A DNA stretch of 64,000 nucleotides from Bugula neritina (taxonomy: Eukaryota > Animalia > Bryozoa): positions 32,008,628 through 32,072,627 of the forward strand of contig OZ037767.1 of the NCBI GenBank assembly GCA_964035545.1. The letters run 5' to 3'. The notes under the pieces were generated by a model. That model did no database searches and had not been told where the DNA came from. It saw only the letters and a list, made by a program, of their open reading frames with translations. This document shows, piece by piece, positions 11,401-22,630 of the stretch. Within the stretch, counting starts at the first letter, position 1. Every line of letters starts with the position of its first letter. The translations under genes were made by a program, and so were the position numbers.

Positions 11401-14400
11401 ATCAATTACCTATGTAGTGAACTAAATCAAAGCAATATATTTACAAAATAGATGTGATATTATGCTACACAGGATAGTTAAGGGCATCCTTACTAAGAAT
11501 ATCATAAATTTAGCTCACAATGTAGTCTAGGTTCTTGCTATCATATTGTTCTGTGGGTGGCATGCGTGTTGCCTGCCTGTGTATGTTTAGCCTGATATTA
11601 GACTATGACCAATAAACAGCAAGCTCAATTAGGGCTGCATTATATATCAACATTCCATTGTGGCTACTCTATAAATGAATTACACACCAAGCTATTCACT
11701 AGCTTGTAGGCTAGCAGGTCTGTAATTAGTAATGGACAAGCCAATATCTTCTCATCTCTACGCGTTCACTGAAGCGTGAAGTGATGCGCAGTGCTTATTA
11801 GTAAAGAAAAATATCTCATTTTCAGCGTATAAATCACTAATTTATAGAAAATCTATAAAAGCTATTAGAAACATTACAAAAACCGCGCTGCAGAAATATC
11901 TCAGGATTCCAACAGTGTTTTCTTTTTTCAGATATTATGTTTTCCTGCTGAGATATTTTACTGGGACTGACATGATGTTTTTTCAGCTAAAAATAGGAGA
12001 AAATTGGTAGTTTTTTGTCTGTAGCTTAGCCAAAAAATGGAAAATTAAAAATTCCAAAAAAACCGCGCTGAGGAAGAAAGCTATCTACAACATAGTTTTT
12101 AAATTTTGATTCTAGCTTAATTAGGTAAGGTTTTATTTTACTGGGACTGATTTCTTATATGATAACAATGCATCATCAGCATAGCAGCTAGAACTAAAAG
12201 GTTGCCCTTAACTATCCTGTGTACTTTAAATTCTGTTTCTTCATAAATCATAGAAGCCTATATTTAGTATATTTTGTTAGCTTTTTATAATAACCCTCTA
12301 TACTAGTTATGCCTGTCCAAAAGTCCCTCATATGGCTATTGATAGTAATGCTATACAATTATTACAACCAAACTTTTCGTACTCATAGATATTTACCGGT
12401 AGAAGCTTTTGGTTGTCTTTAAAGATTCTCATCTCTTGGTAGTTGAAGTCGTAGTTGTTGTCTTGTCCTAGTATCTGCAGCGGCTTGCCGTTCCTGTACT
12501 GCTCAACTTTGATTTTTGCGCCAATCAAGTGAGAGTGCAAGAAGTAGGCGAAGACATTCAGTCCCTCCTCTGGCACCCACTGTAATAATGTGCATTTTCA
12601 TCTAGTTTTAATTGTCAGGTGAACTAAAATACTATCACTTACAATTCATTAATAGAAAAATTATAAAAATTATTTGAGCAGTGAAATCGAACTGGGATAA
12701 GCCATAAAAAATGTGAATTGTGGTAGCAACAGTTACTGAGCAGTTGGGTGCACGTTTGACAAACCTGAAAGTTTTCATTTTAAACACTCATATGCATTTT
12801 TCGAAAACAAGAGTTTTAATTTGAAACCAAAAGACATAAACCAATGCCAACACCAGGGAACCTGAGGAAGTGGTGACAATACCTGCTCGGTGCAGCCACT
12901 GTGACAGTACGCAATCACATCAAACTCTTCGACTTTGGGAGGTACAAATATTCCATAAACACTTCCCATCTGCAGCATTCCCACGTCATTATCTCTTAGG
13001 GTTGGTGTGTAGGTTATTCTAATACCAGACGAGTCCACGATTCCTGCAATAACAAAAGCAATCAGATTTTATAATCTTATTACTGCTACATTATTAGTAT
13101 GTTACCAGCATATAACTATTTATATATTATACTAATTTATATAATAATAATTAAATTAGTAAACTAGAACTACTAATAGCAAGTTATGGAATGAACAGGA
13201 ACCTGATTTCAGTTGAGGGTTGTCATAGTGAACCTCCATCATGAAATACTGCGGAGACTCAGCACTGTCCGGGCCGAGCGGGTAGCCAGCATTTTCAGGG
13301 AAATAATACGCCTAGAAAACGGTAAATGTTCTAAAATTTTCAAACACACAGAAATAAAATTACTATTTAATTAAATTGATATTAATTTTTTAAGTTAAGT
13401 CAAATTGCTATCAACATTTCTATTATAATGCATGAAGTCTGTACGTAGAGTTCAGTATATTTTTCTTTTAAAGGAATTTATTGACATTTACCGTTCCGCC
13501 GATGGCCCAAGCAAAGACAACACTTCTACAAGAATCCTCAAACTCCGGCATTTCGGCTGTAGAGCAGACGCCTTCAGTCTTTGTGTTGTTGGCGATGTGC
13601 TCCTTGTCAACATCCCAGCAGCCATACACCAATATATGATGCACCACGCCCTCATTTCCCTGCTCAACTACTGGTGCTACCTATTTAATGTAACGAGGCA
13701 TGTCATTGGCTAGGGAAACATCTCATCTCAATAACTAATTGAAAGGCTGTGCAAAGATATACCACTCTTCCAGCTAATTAATAGAAAGAAATGAATAACA
13801 TAGCAAGGAACCTACACTGCTATGCAAAATGTACTTTTAATTTGTGTTTTAGATCCTATAAGTACATCAACCCACAAATAAAACTCAGGCTTAGTCTAGC
13901 ACTTACTGAGACTACATGGTGTTTCTTATCCACGTCTGGGAGAGGAAAGAAAGCACAGTAGTAGGTAGTATCATCATCTGGTATGGTGTACTAAAACAGC
14001 ATACTAGCACAGTGTACTAAAACAGCATACTAGCACAGTGTACTAAAACAGCATACTAGCACAGTGTACTGACACAGCATACTAGCACAGCGTACTGACA
14101 CAGTGTACTGACACAGCGTACTGACACAGCGTACCGACACAGCGTACCGACACAGCGTACCGACAGAGTAGTACTGACGCGGCGTACTGACGCGGCGCAC
14201 TGACGCGGCGCACTGACGCGGCGCACTGACGCGGCGCACTGACGCGGCGCACTGACGCGGCGCACTGACGCGGCGTACTGACACAGCGTACTGACACAGC
14301 GTACTGACGCGGTATATTAACACAAGTGTTCTCATTATGCATTTAGAATTACATTAAACAATTAGTATTTTTTGTCAGTTTATCATACATTTAAATTATT

Positions 14401-17400
14401 TCCCTTTGCAAATTATTTCATTTGAAGAATATAAAGTACTGCTGCCTATATAAATTATTGCAAAAATGAAAACACTAGCATCATATATGTATTATATCAT
14501 ATACTATTATGGTTTATTTTGGTCACCAGAGCCGGTACGAACAGGAAATGAAGGCCTGCTAAAGGTACACGCCCACCTTATCAATGAGCATGTCATAGGT
14601 CAATGCATCATCAGGGACAGCCTCCACGGCCTGTTGATTCTCCAGTAGGTACATACTCTTGGACCCTCGGTTACTGGAGGCGTGTTTGTCAGAGGCAGTG
14701 AACTCATTTCCTGTTGGATCAGCTGCTCCATACGCGTAGATTATTCTAGCAGTGTCACTCTGTAATGCGACTTACACATGTAAGTGTTACATAGTACACA
14801 CATTATGTATATGTAAATGTACTAGCACAACAGTAGCTGCTGCTGCTGCTGCTGCTGCTGCTGGGCACAGCCCATTCATCTACCTAGCTCAAAAGTTGAA
14901 ATTTTATAACCCTAAATCATGTTACGATGCATAGAAGTTAAGGCATAATTACAGCTTACAGAATGTAGATAGCTGTCAATTTATTTCCAGCATTGTTATG
15001 CTTTAGCTTACTTAGAGGTTCTATAGTTTGAAGATGATATATTAGTAATTATCTGAAATTATGAAAGTTAAAACAAATAGAATAAATAAATCAAAATTGT
15101 TATAAATTGAACTGCATTCCATTAAAGCAATAAATTACAACTGCCTTTTATTTTGTAGCTATATGCTGCCACAATTACTGATCCTTGCCTTCACCACAAA
15201 AGAGCTCATTTGCTTTACTGTTCCATGCAAATGACGTAATACTATCTGTATGATAGAAAAGCTTCTCTAAGAATTAATTCAGTAAGTTGATATAATCATT
15301 TTCTCAGCCAATCAGTTATATTTGTTCATTGCTATTTAGGCCTTGGAATACTGAGTGACCTCAATAGATCCACTCCATAATGGCTTTGAATTACCTTCTG
15401 AACAAAAAGTCTCTCATCTTACAATAGGCATGTTTAAAACAAGTGAAATCAGCATGCAAAGCTGACAAATTGTGTTGCTGTTGCTAGGATACGACAGGTT
15501 AAAATGTAGGTTACTCAAATATATAGGGCACTGGTTCTCCCAGTCAGCCTTAGTGTAAACAACCTGGCTCAGGGTGACGCAAGGCATTGGCTAGCTGTCA
15601 CATGACAACCTGCAAGACCTTTATGAACCTAAAGAAATGTCTATTTTTATGGCTAATAATTTTGGAATTCATATAATTTAAAGGCAAAATATTTAAAACC
15701 TAGGCTATTGCAGCATGACAGCATGACAGCATGGGTTTAACACAGCAACTTGTGAAATTATTTAGAGACAATACAGATACTTTGATATCTAAAACATAAA
15801 TTACAGAGCCAGTTTTTTGTCTATTGTTAACCAGATGTGAACTATAAAATTCACTGGAAAGGAATCTGAAGAGGTTTGAACAATCATAGTACATAGCTTA
15901 TAGTATTTTAATTTCTATAGTCTATAATTATATTGACTAACTGAGACCCCTGTGTATACTCAAACACTAAAAGTATATACTACAGTACCTACAGTCACTA
16001 GTATATACTACAGTACTTACAGTTACTAGTATATACTACAGTACTTACAGTTACTAGTATATACTACAGTACTTACAGTCACTAGTATATACTACAGTAC
16101 TTACAGTCACTAGTATATACTACAGTACTTACAGTCACTAGTATATACTACAGTACTTACAGTCACTGGTATATACTACAGTACTTACAGTTACTAGTAT
16201 ATACTACAGTACTTACAGTCACTGGTATATACTACAGTACTTACAGTCACTGGTATATACTACAGTACTTACAGTCACTAGTATATACTACAGTACTTAC
16301 AGTTACTAGTATATACTACAGTACTTACAGTGATAACATTATCTTTCTCATCACAAGTGTTTATTTTTCTCTTAAATTGAAATGTGGAGACCCCATCTGC
16401 TTCAGACGAGGATATCAGTGTGTAATCTTGAGAATCGTCCAGAGAAGGGAAACCGTTGCTAGCTGCAAACATGTCCTGCAACATTAACAACAGTAACCAA
16501 TGACAGAGCAGGTACTATAGGCAGTGCCCAATGACAGAGCAGCTACTATAGGCAGTGACCAATGACAGAGTAGCTACTATAAACAGAGCTAACCTGAATG
16601 TGGCCTTTACCATCAGAGTCAATCCACATAACCGCAATATCTCCATCTGTCATGGCTCCTTTTGGGGACATTCCAAAACCCACCCATCCTGTTGTTTCAC
16701 ATTTTACCTACAAAATAGTACTGGTTAGTGTTCAGTGTTCACATTGTATAGTTTATTGTACACAGAAGTGGAATTATTGCAATTAGTTAGACTCCCTGAG
16801 AGTTACAGTGTCCGCAAATAATCAGTACAGGAGAAGAACTACAACAATCTATGAAATATTTTATTTTGTTTGTTATTGGAAATTTTATTCATTAGGATAT
16901 TGTATATGTGCTTTAGCATGGTAATGCGCTACAGAAGATCTCATGTAGTTCATGTGTTAATTTGAGCGCAAGTGGCTGGCAGAGTGCAAAGCTTTCTCAA
17001 AGCTTTCAATCAGAGCTGGAACAGCTACTGACAATGCCACATAGCCTATAGTAGACATCTAAAGTAAGCTTTCAAATAAATATATTATTTCTATTCCCCA
17101 AACTACCATATTTCTCTCAGAATCAAAATACACAGTAAAACTGTTTGCATAAAAAAACTGCAAAACGAAGCTAAAGAGTAGAAAGGGATGTGACGTTATT
17201 TAACCAATCTGACTGGCGGCATGGGATCTGTTGCTATAACAAATAGTGAAAGAGAAATACAGGGCTATGTTTGCTGTAGTATAATGATACATGATCACAA
17301 GCAAGTCTATTTACTCAAGTAAACAATGGATTAATGCTTACCATATCACCTGACGCTGTGTTATTGATTTTTTACTTTACAAATAGACTGATGATTGAAA

Positions 17401-18585
17401 TGCAGGTCTTAAAATTGTTTCTGGACCTTTTTACAGATATTTTATAAAAAATGTTATATATAATGAAACTTATGTTAAAATCATACTTGAAATAATATTC
17501 TCAATGTATTTTAAATTTTCTTAGTGACTTCAAATTGACTTTTATAAATATCAGACGATGATGGGTTAAAAGATTACTTTGACTTTTAATGAAACACATT
17601 CAAAGCTGGCATTCATTTTATCAATAAAACTAAGATGCAGCTAATAGCTTATACATACATACTGTAAGTCTGTAACTCAAAACACTTGAATTATAAATTT
17701 GTTATCAACTAGTTGAGTGAGAGAAAGGTATTTTTTCACCAGGAGAAAATGCAAGAGGGTTTTATTTTAATGTAGGCAAATCTTACAAAGAGAAGTTATT
17801 TGGCACAGCGAGTAAAGGGGGGGGGGGTATATAAGTGGTGGTATATAGGTGGTGGTAGGGGTATATAGGGGAAGGAGTGTATATAGGGGAAGAGGGTATA
17901 TAGGGGAAGGAGTGTATATAGGGGAAGGAGTGTATATAGGGGAAGGAGGGTATATAGGGGAAGGAGGGTATATAGGGGAAGGAGTGTATATAGGGGAAGG
18001 AGTGTATATAGGGGAAGGAGTGTATATAGGGGAAGGAGGGTATATAGGGGAAGGAGTGTATATAGGGGAAGGAGTGTATATAGGGGAAGGAGTGCATATA
18101 GGGGAAGGAGTGTATATAGGGGAAGGAGTGTATATAGGGAAGGAGGGTATATAGGGGAAGGAGTGTATATAGGGGAAGAGGGTATATAGGGGAAGAGGGT
18201 ATATAGGGGAAGGAGTGTATATAGGGGAAGGAGGGTATATAGGGAAAGGAGTGTATATAGGAGAAGGAGTGTATATAGGGGAAGGAGTGTATATAGGGGA
18301 AGGAGTGTATATAGGGGAAGGAGTGTATATAGGGGAAGAGTGTATATAGGGGAAGAGGGTATATAGGGGAAGGAGTGTATATAGGGGAAGAGGGTATATA
18401 GGGGAAGAGGGTATATAGACTGCACTTACTGTGAAAGTGATGTCGCTAGTGGGGTTCTTGTCCTCAAACGCCCAGGACAGCTCATACTTGTCTTCAGGGT
18501 CCAAATACACTGTGAAACTATCTGCGTGGAGGGAGGTGAGGAGGGAAATTAAGAAAGAGAGAGTAACAATGAGTTTACTGACCAT
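8480..18585 (-). CDS. MOXD1: DBH-like monooxygenase (MOXD1-like), paralog B, complete, about 608 aa
   Basis: 13 exons (-): 18430-18585, 16594-16707, 16329-16475, 14577-14759, 13907-13990, 13492-13680, 13203-13311, 12883-13043, 12397-12579, 11185-11244, 9391-9536, 8949-9102, 8480-8620. Signal peptide, DOMON domain, VHHILVYGC, MEVHYDNP, CuM LHSHL, YDFNYQE, EEMC, and hydrophobic C-terminus SSAASATAACISLLLPLIALFQ*. Confidence 0.95.
9560..11175. repeat. 22-bp minisatellite, about 73 copies, filling MOXD1-B intron 10
   Basis: Unit TATACTAGAAGAGAGAGGATAG. Confidence 0.97.
11468..12221. mobile_element. MITE, Tc1/mariner-like non-autonomous element, in MOXD1-B intron 9
   Basis: Perfect 19-bp terminal inverted repeats CACAGGATAGTTAAGGGCA ... 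TGCCCTTAACTATCCTGTG, flanked by TA on both sides; 754 bp, no ORF. Confidence 0.8.
13986..14312. repeat. 26-bp then 13-bp compound repeat overlapping the MOXD1-B exon 5 acceptor
   Basis: GTGTACTAAAACAGCATACTAGCACA x3, grading into GTACTGACACAGC and GCACTGACGCGGC. Confidence 0.9.
15972..16331. repeat. 28-bp minisatellite, about 13 copies, containing the MOXD1-B exon 3 donor
   Basis: Sense unit GTAAGTACTGTAGTATATACTAGTGACT. Confidence 0.95.
17858..18417. repeat. 17-18-bp G-rich minisatellite, about 31 copies, at the start of MOXD1-B intron 1
   Basis: Unit TATATAGGGGAAGGAGTG. Confidence 0.95.
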
Positions 18586-20654
18586 GATGTGAGAGAGCGC
18601 TTGCTACTAGGATAAACCCTGGAAGGTTAATAACTCTTATGTAAACTCATTCATAGGTAATAACTACATGAATACTTGAGTATCACGTGACTCTAACACC
18701 CTCTTCATTGATTGAAGCTTGGAATGTTGACCCGAAGGTCGTATAACCATTGCTACTATATTACACTATAAAAGCTTGCAGGCTGCTTGCATTGTGTAGT
18801 ATTATTAGCTCACGTGACTAAATAGTACAAAGCAATTAATTTATCAATAGAACTGGACGCTAAAAATAATAATAGTCATTCATCTCTTCACTGTACCTTT
18901 TCTATTGTCCCACTAACCTTGATATCTCATATGAAAATGTTATATAACTTATATCTTGTTATATAATACATTACAGAACATATATTATGTAATGGATCTA
19001 TCATATGTTGCATAGTGTATGACATAAAGTATATAATATACTATGTATGCTATATTATACTTTATGTAGTACCTACATGCCATAATATGTGTAATTCGAC
19101 AGAAAAGGTCTATTATATGTATTACATTGTTATTGAGATATAGCATACAATATTTGATATATGGTATACACTTTATTATATATATCTTACACATCATATA
19201 CAATATTCATGCTACATTAGATAATATGCTATACAAACATATTATAACATTGATTATTGGTGATATGGGGGGAGGGGGGTTTTGTAAGAGCTCGGTCTAA
19301 CCCTATAGACACCTAAACTAAGCTCTATTAAAGTATGAAATAACAGCGAACATTCTATTTACACTGGCTGTGACTATATAATACACAGTAGTTGTATATA
19401 ACAAGCACAGAAATACACATACTATATTCTGTAGTCTATTTGGCATGGTCTTTTCAGCTGCCACTGAACGCTGCCTTTCATCCTACAATGTTTTGTTCTC
19501 TTGCCAACACGTCTTTATGTCAGAGCTTAGAGGCAGCGCAGCTGCTGTAAACTTCACAATGTCACGACCTCCGCTCTATTTAATATGAACCTAGCAACTA
19601 ACTGATGCTGGATCCCCTGGAGCAACTTCATGTCCTGTGAAATAGATTGTGTAATGCTTAAAGTAAAGTTGTCTATTGACATCGAGTATCAGTAACGTCT
19701 ACACTTATAAACAGACTAATCTTTTGATTACACACTCGGCGCCTCAGGTAAAGTAAATCAATCTCAAGGCTGGAAATAGCGCTGATTGATGCTGACACAT
19801 GACAGCATCTATGCTGCTGAGATGTCCTCTATACTGCTGCTGAGATGTCCTCTATACTGCTGCTGAGATGCCCTCTATACTGCTGCTGAGATGTCCTCTA
19901 CTGCAACTGATCAGCGTATCATATTTAATCAAGGACACCCGCGCTGCATTTAGCTAGTTGGTCTGAAAAACACTCTGTTATAGTTCGGAAGCTCTTTCCG
20001 CTGATAAAACTCAATGATAAAACAACCAGTCAAACATATGACTCTAGTTTTACCTGAAGTTATTGTAATGCCTTTTGTAAGAACTCTTTTGAATGAGTCA
20101 AAGTTATATGATCATGTGATCTTATGGTCATATGATCATGTGATCTTATGGTCACATGGGCACATTGCTGCTGCGCTCAAATACACTGCAGTCTTTCAAA
20201 AACAGAAACTTACTATTAACTTAAAATACCGCTGATTAACTTATCTTAAGAGCTCTTGAGCTCTTGAGCTCATGAGCTCTTGAGCTCTTGAGCTGAAGAG
20301 CTGAAGAGCTCAAGGGCAGAATTTGATTGATTGATTGATTAATTGATTGAAGAGCTCAAGAGCTGTTGAGCTCTTGAGCTGAGGCTAGAAAGCTAGTTTT
20401 ATGCTGCATAGACAGGAGATAATCAGGAGACAGTGATGTGTGTGACATACAGTGATGCAAACAGGGAAACAAATGAATGTTTGGTCAGTCCTCGAAATTC
20501 TGATGCAACAAGTTATGGTGAAATGAAGGAAACGAATACCACAAGAGAGCTAGTTGGTAAAGTGCCAGATTCTAAAAGGAGTTGCACCTGTAAATACCTA
20601 CAGTGGATTAAATTATAACCTGATTATGATGCAAGTATATACTGTATCATGTGA

Positions 20655-21955
20655 CAATATAACCAGTATATGTAATACAGTGTGACAATATATAATCAGT
20701 ATATGTAATACAGTGTAACATTATATAATCAGTATATGTAATACAGTGTGACATTATATAATCAGTATATGTAATACAGTGTGATAAATATATAATCAGT
20801 ATATGTAATATAGTGTGATAGATATATAATCAGTATATGTAATACAGTGTGATAAATATATAATCAGTATATGTAATACAGTGTGATAAATATATAATCA
20901 GTATATGTAATATAGTGTGATAGATATATAATCAGTATATGTAATACAGTGTGATAAATATATAATCAGTATATGTAATACAGTGTGATAAATATATAAT
21001 CAGTATATGTAATATAGTGTGATAGATATATAATCAGTATATGTAATACAGTGTGATAAATATATAATCAGTATATGTAATATAGTGTGATAGATATATA
21101 ATCAGTATATGTAATACAGTGTGATAAATATATAATCAGTATATGTAATACAGTGTGATAAATATATAATCAGTATATGTAATATAGTGTGATAGATATA
21201 TAATCAGTATATGTAATACAGTGTGATAAATATATAATCAGTATATGTAATACAGTGTGATAAATATATAATCAGTATATGTAATACAGTGTGATAAATA
21301 TATAATCAGTATATGTAATACAGTGTGATAAATATATAATCAGTATATGTAATACAGTGTGATAAATATATAATCAGTATATGTAATATAGTGTGATAGA
21401 TATATAATCAGTATATGTAATACAGTGTGATAAATATATAATCAGTATATGTAATACAGTGTGATAAATATATAATCAGTATATGTAATACAGTGTGATA
21501 AATATATAATCAGTATATGTAATACAGTGTGATAAATATATAATCAGTATATGTAATACAGTGTGATAAATATATAATCAGTATATGTAATATAGTGTGA
21601 TAGATATATAATCAGTATATGTAATACAGTGTGATAAATATATAATCAGTATATGTAATACAGTGTGATAAATATATAATCAGTATATGTAATATAGTGT
21701 GATAGATATATAATGAGTATATGTAATATAGTGTGATATTATATAATCAGTATATGTAATACAGTGTGACATTATATAATCAGTATATGTAATACAGTGT
21801 GACATTATATAATCAGTATATGTAATACAGTGTGATAGATATATAATCAGTATATGTAATATAGTGTGATAGATATATAATCAGTATATGTAATATACAG
21901 TGTAATATTATATAATCAGTATATGTAATACAGTGTGATAAACATATAATCAGTA
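20655..21955. repeat. 34-bp intergenic minisatellite, about 38 copies
   Basis: Unit TATATAATCAGTATATGTAATACAGTGTGATAAA. Confidence 0.95.
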
Positions 21956-22390
21956 CATATATGTAAGATAGTAAACATGACAGTCAGATGAAAAACATGG
22001 CAATAGAAGGAAAGCAGATGATTATAGTGTTGTGTGTTGTATAGACTTGTACGTACAGCTTGTTATTGTGTTGCTACGGTTACTATGGTAACCTAGCGCA
22101 TAATGCTGGTGCATAGGTCTCTGAATTTCTTACTAAATTATGAGGCAACACCAAAGGGGGAACTTAATATATGGAATAATATATCATGCATATAATTTCT
22201 CAAGTTTAAACAAAGAAAGACATGAACATGAAATCATATAAGTTTGCTACGGGTGAGAAATTATGTCCAAATGGCTGTACTGCTGAAGAGCTGCTGTTGT
22301 TAACTCATAATTTGCCATGACTAGTTAGTGATATATAGTGAGAAGCACATTCTTTTCTCCTAGTATTCCGGAATGTTCTCTCATCCAATA

Positions 22391-22630
22391 CAGTCACTGA
22401 CTGGCAGCCACTGGCTGGCAGCCACTGGCTGGCAGTCACTGGCTGGCAGTCACTGGCTGGCAGTCACTGGCTGGCAGTCACTGACTGGGAGTCACTGACT
22501 GGCCAGTCACTGGCTGGCAGTCACTGGCTGGCAGTCACTGGCTGGCAGTCACTGGCTGGCCAGTCACTGGCTGGCAGTAACTGACTGGCAGTCACTGGCT
22601 GGCAGTCACTGGCCGGCAGTCACTGGCTGG
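22391..22630. repeat. 14-bp repeat, about 17 copies, overlapping the GPCR stop codon
   Basis: Unit CACTGGCTGGCAGT (sense CCAGCCAGTGACTG). Confidence 0.9.

Noticed and set aside
17767-18425. Extensin-like SPIYTP repeat ORF fused to the MOXD1-B signal peptide
   Set aside because: Read-through of exon 1 into the 18-bp intronic array; a consensus GTAAGT donor at 18429 matches the paralog A exon boundary. An intron-retained product cannot be strictly excluded.
19430-19640. Coding-like, GC-richer stretch on the - strand after a CAG acceptor
   Set aside because: All three frames contain stops and I recognise no homology; at most a decayed fragment.
20433-20618. 61-aa ORF or possible extra GPCR exon
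   Set aside because: No recognisable motif, and the - strand reading in the required phase stops after a few codons.
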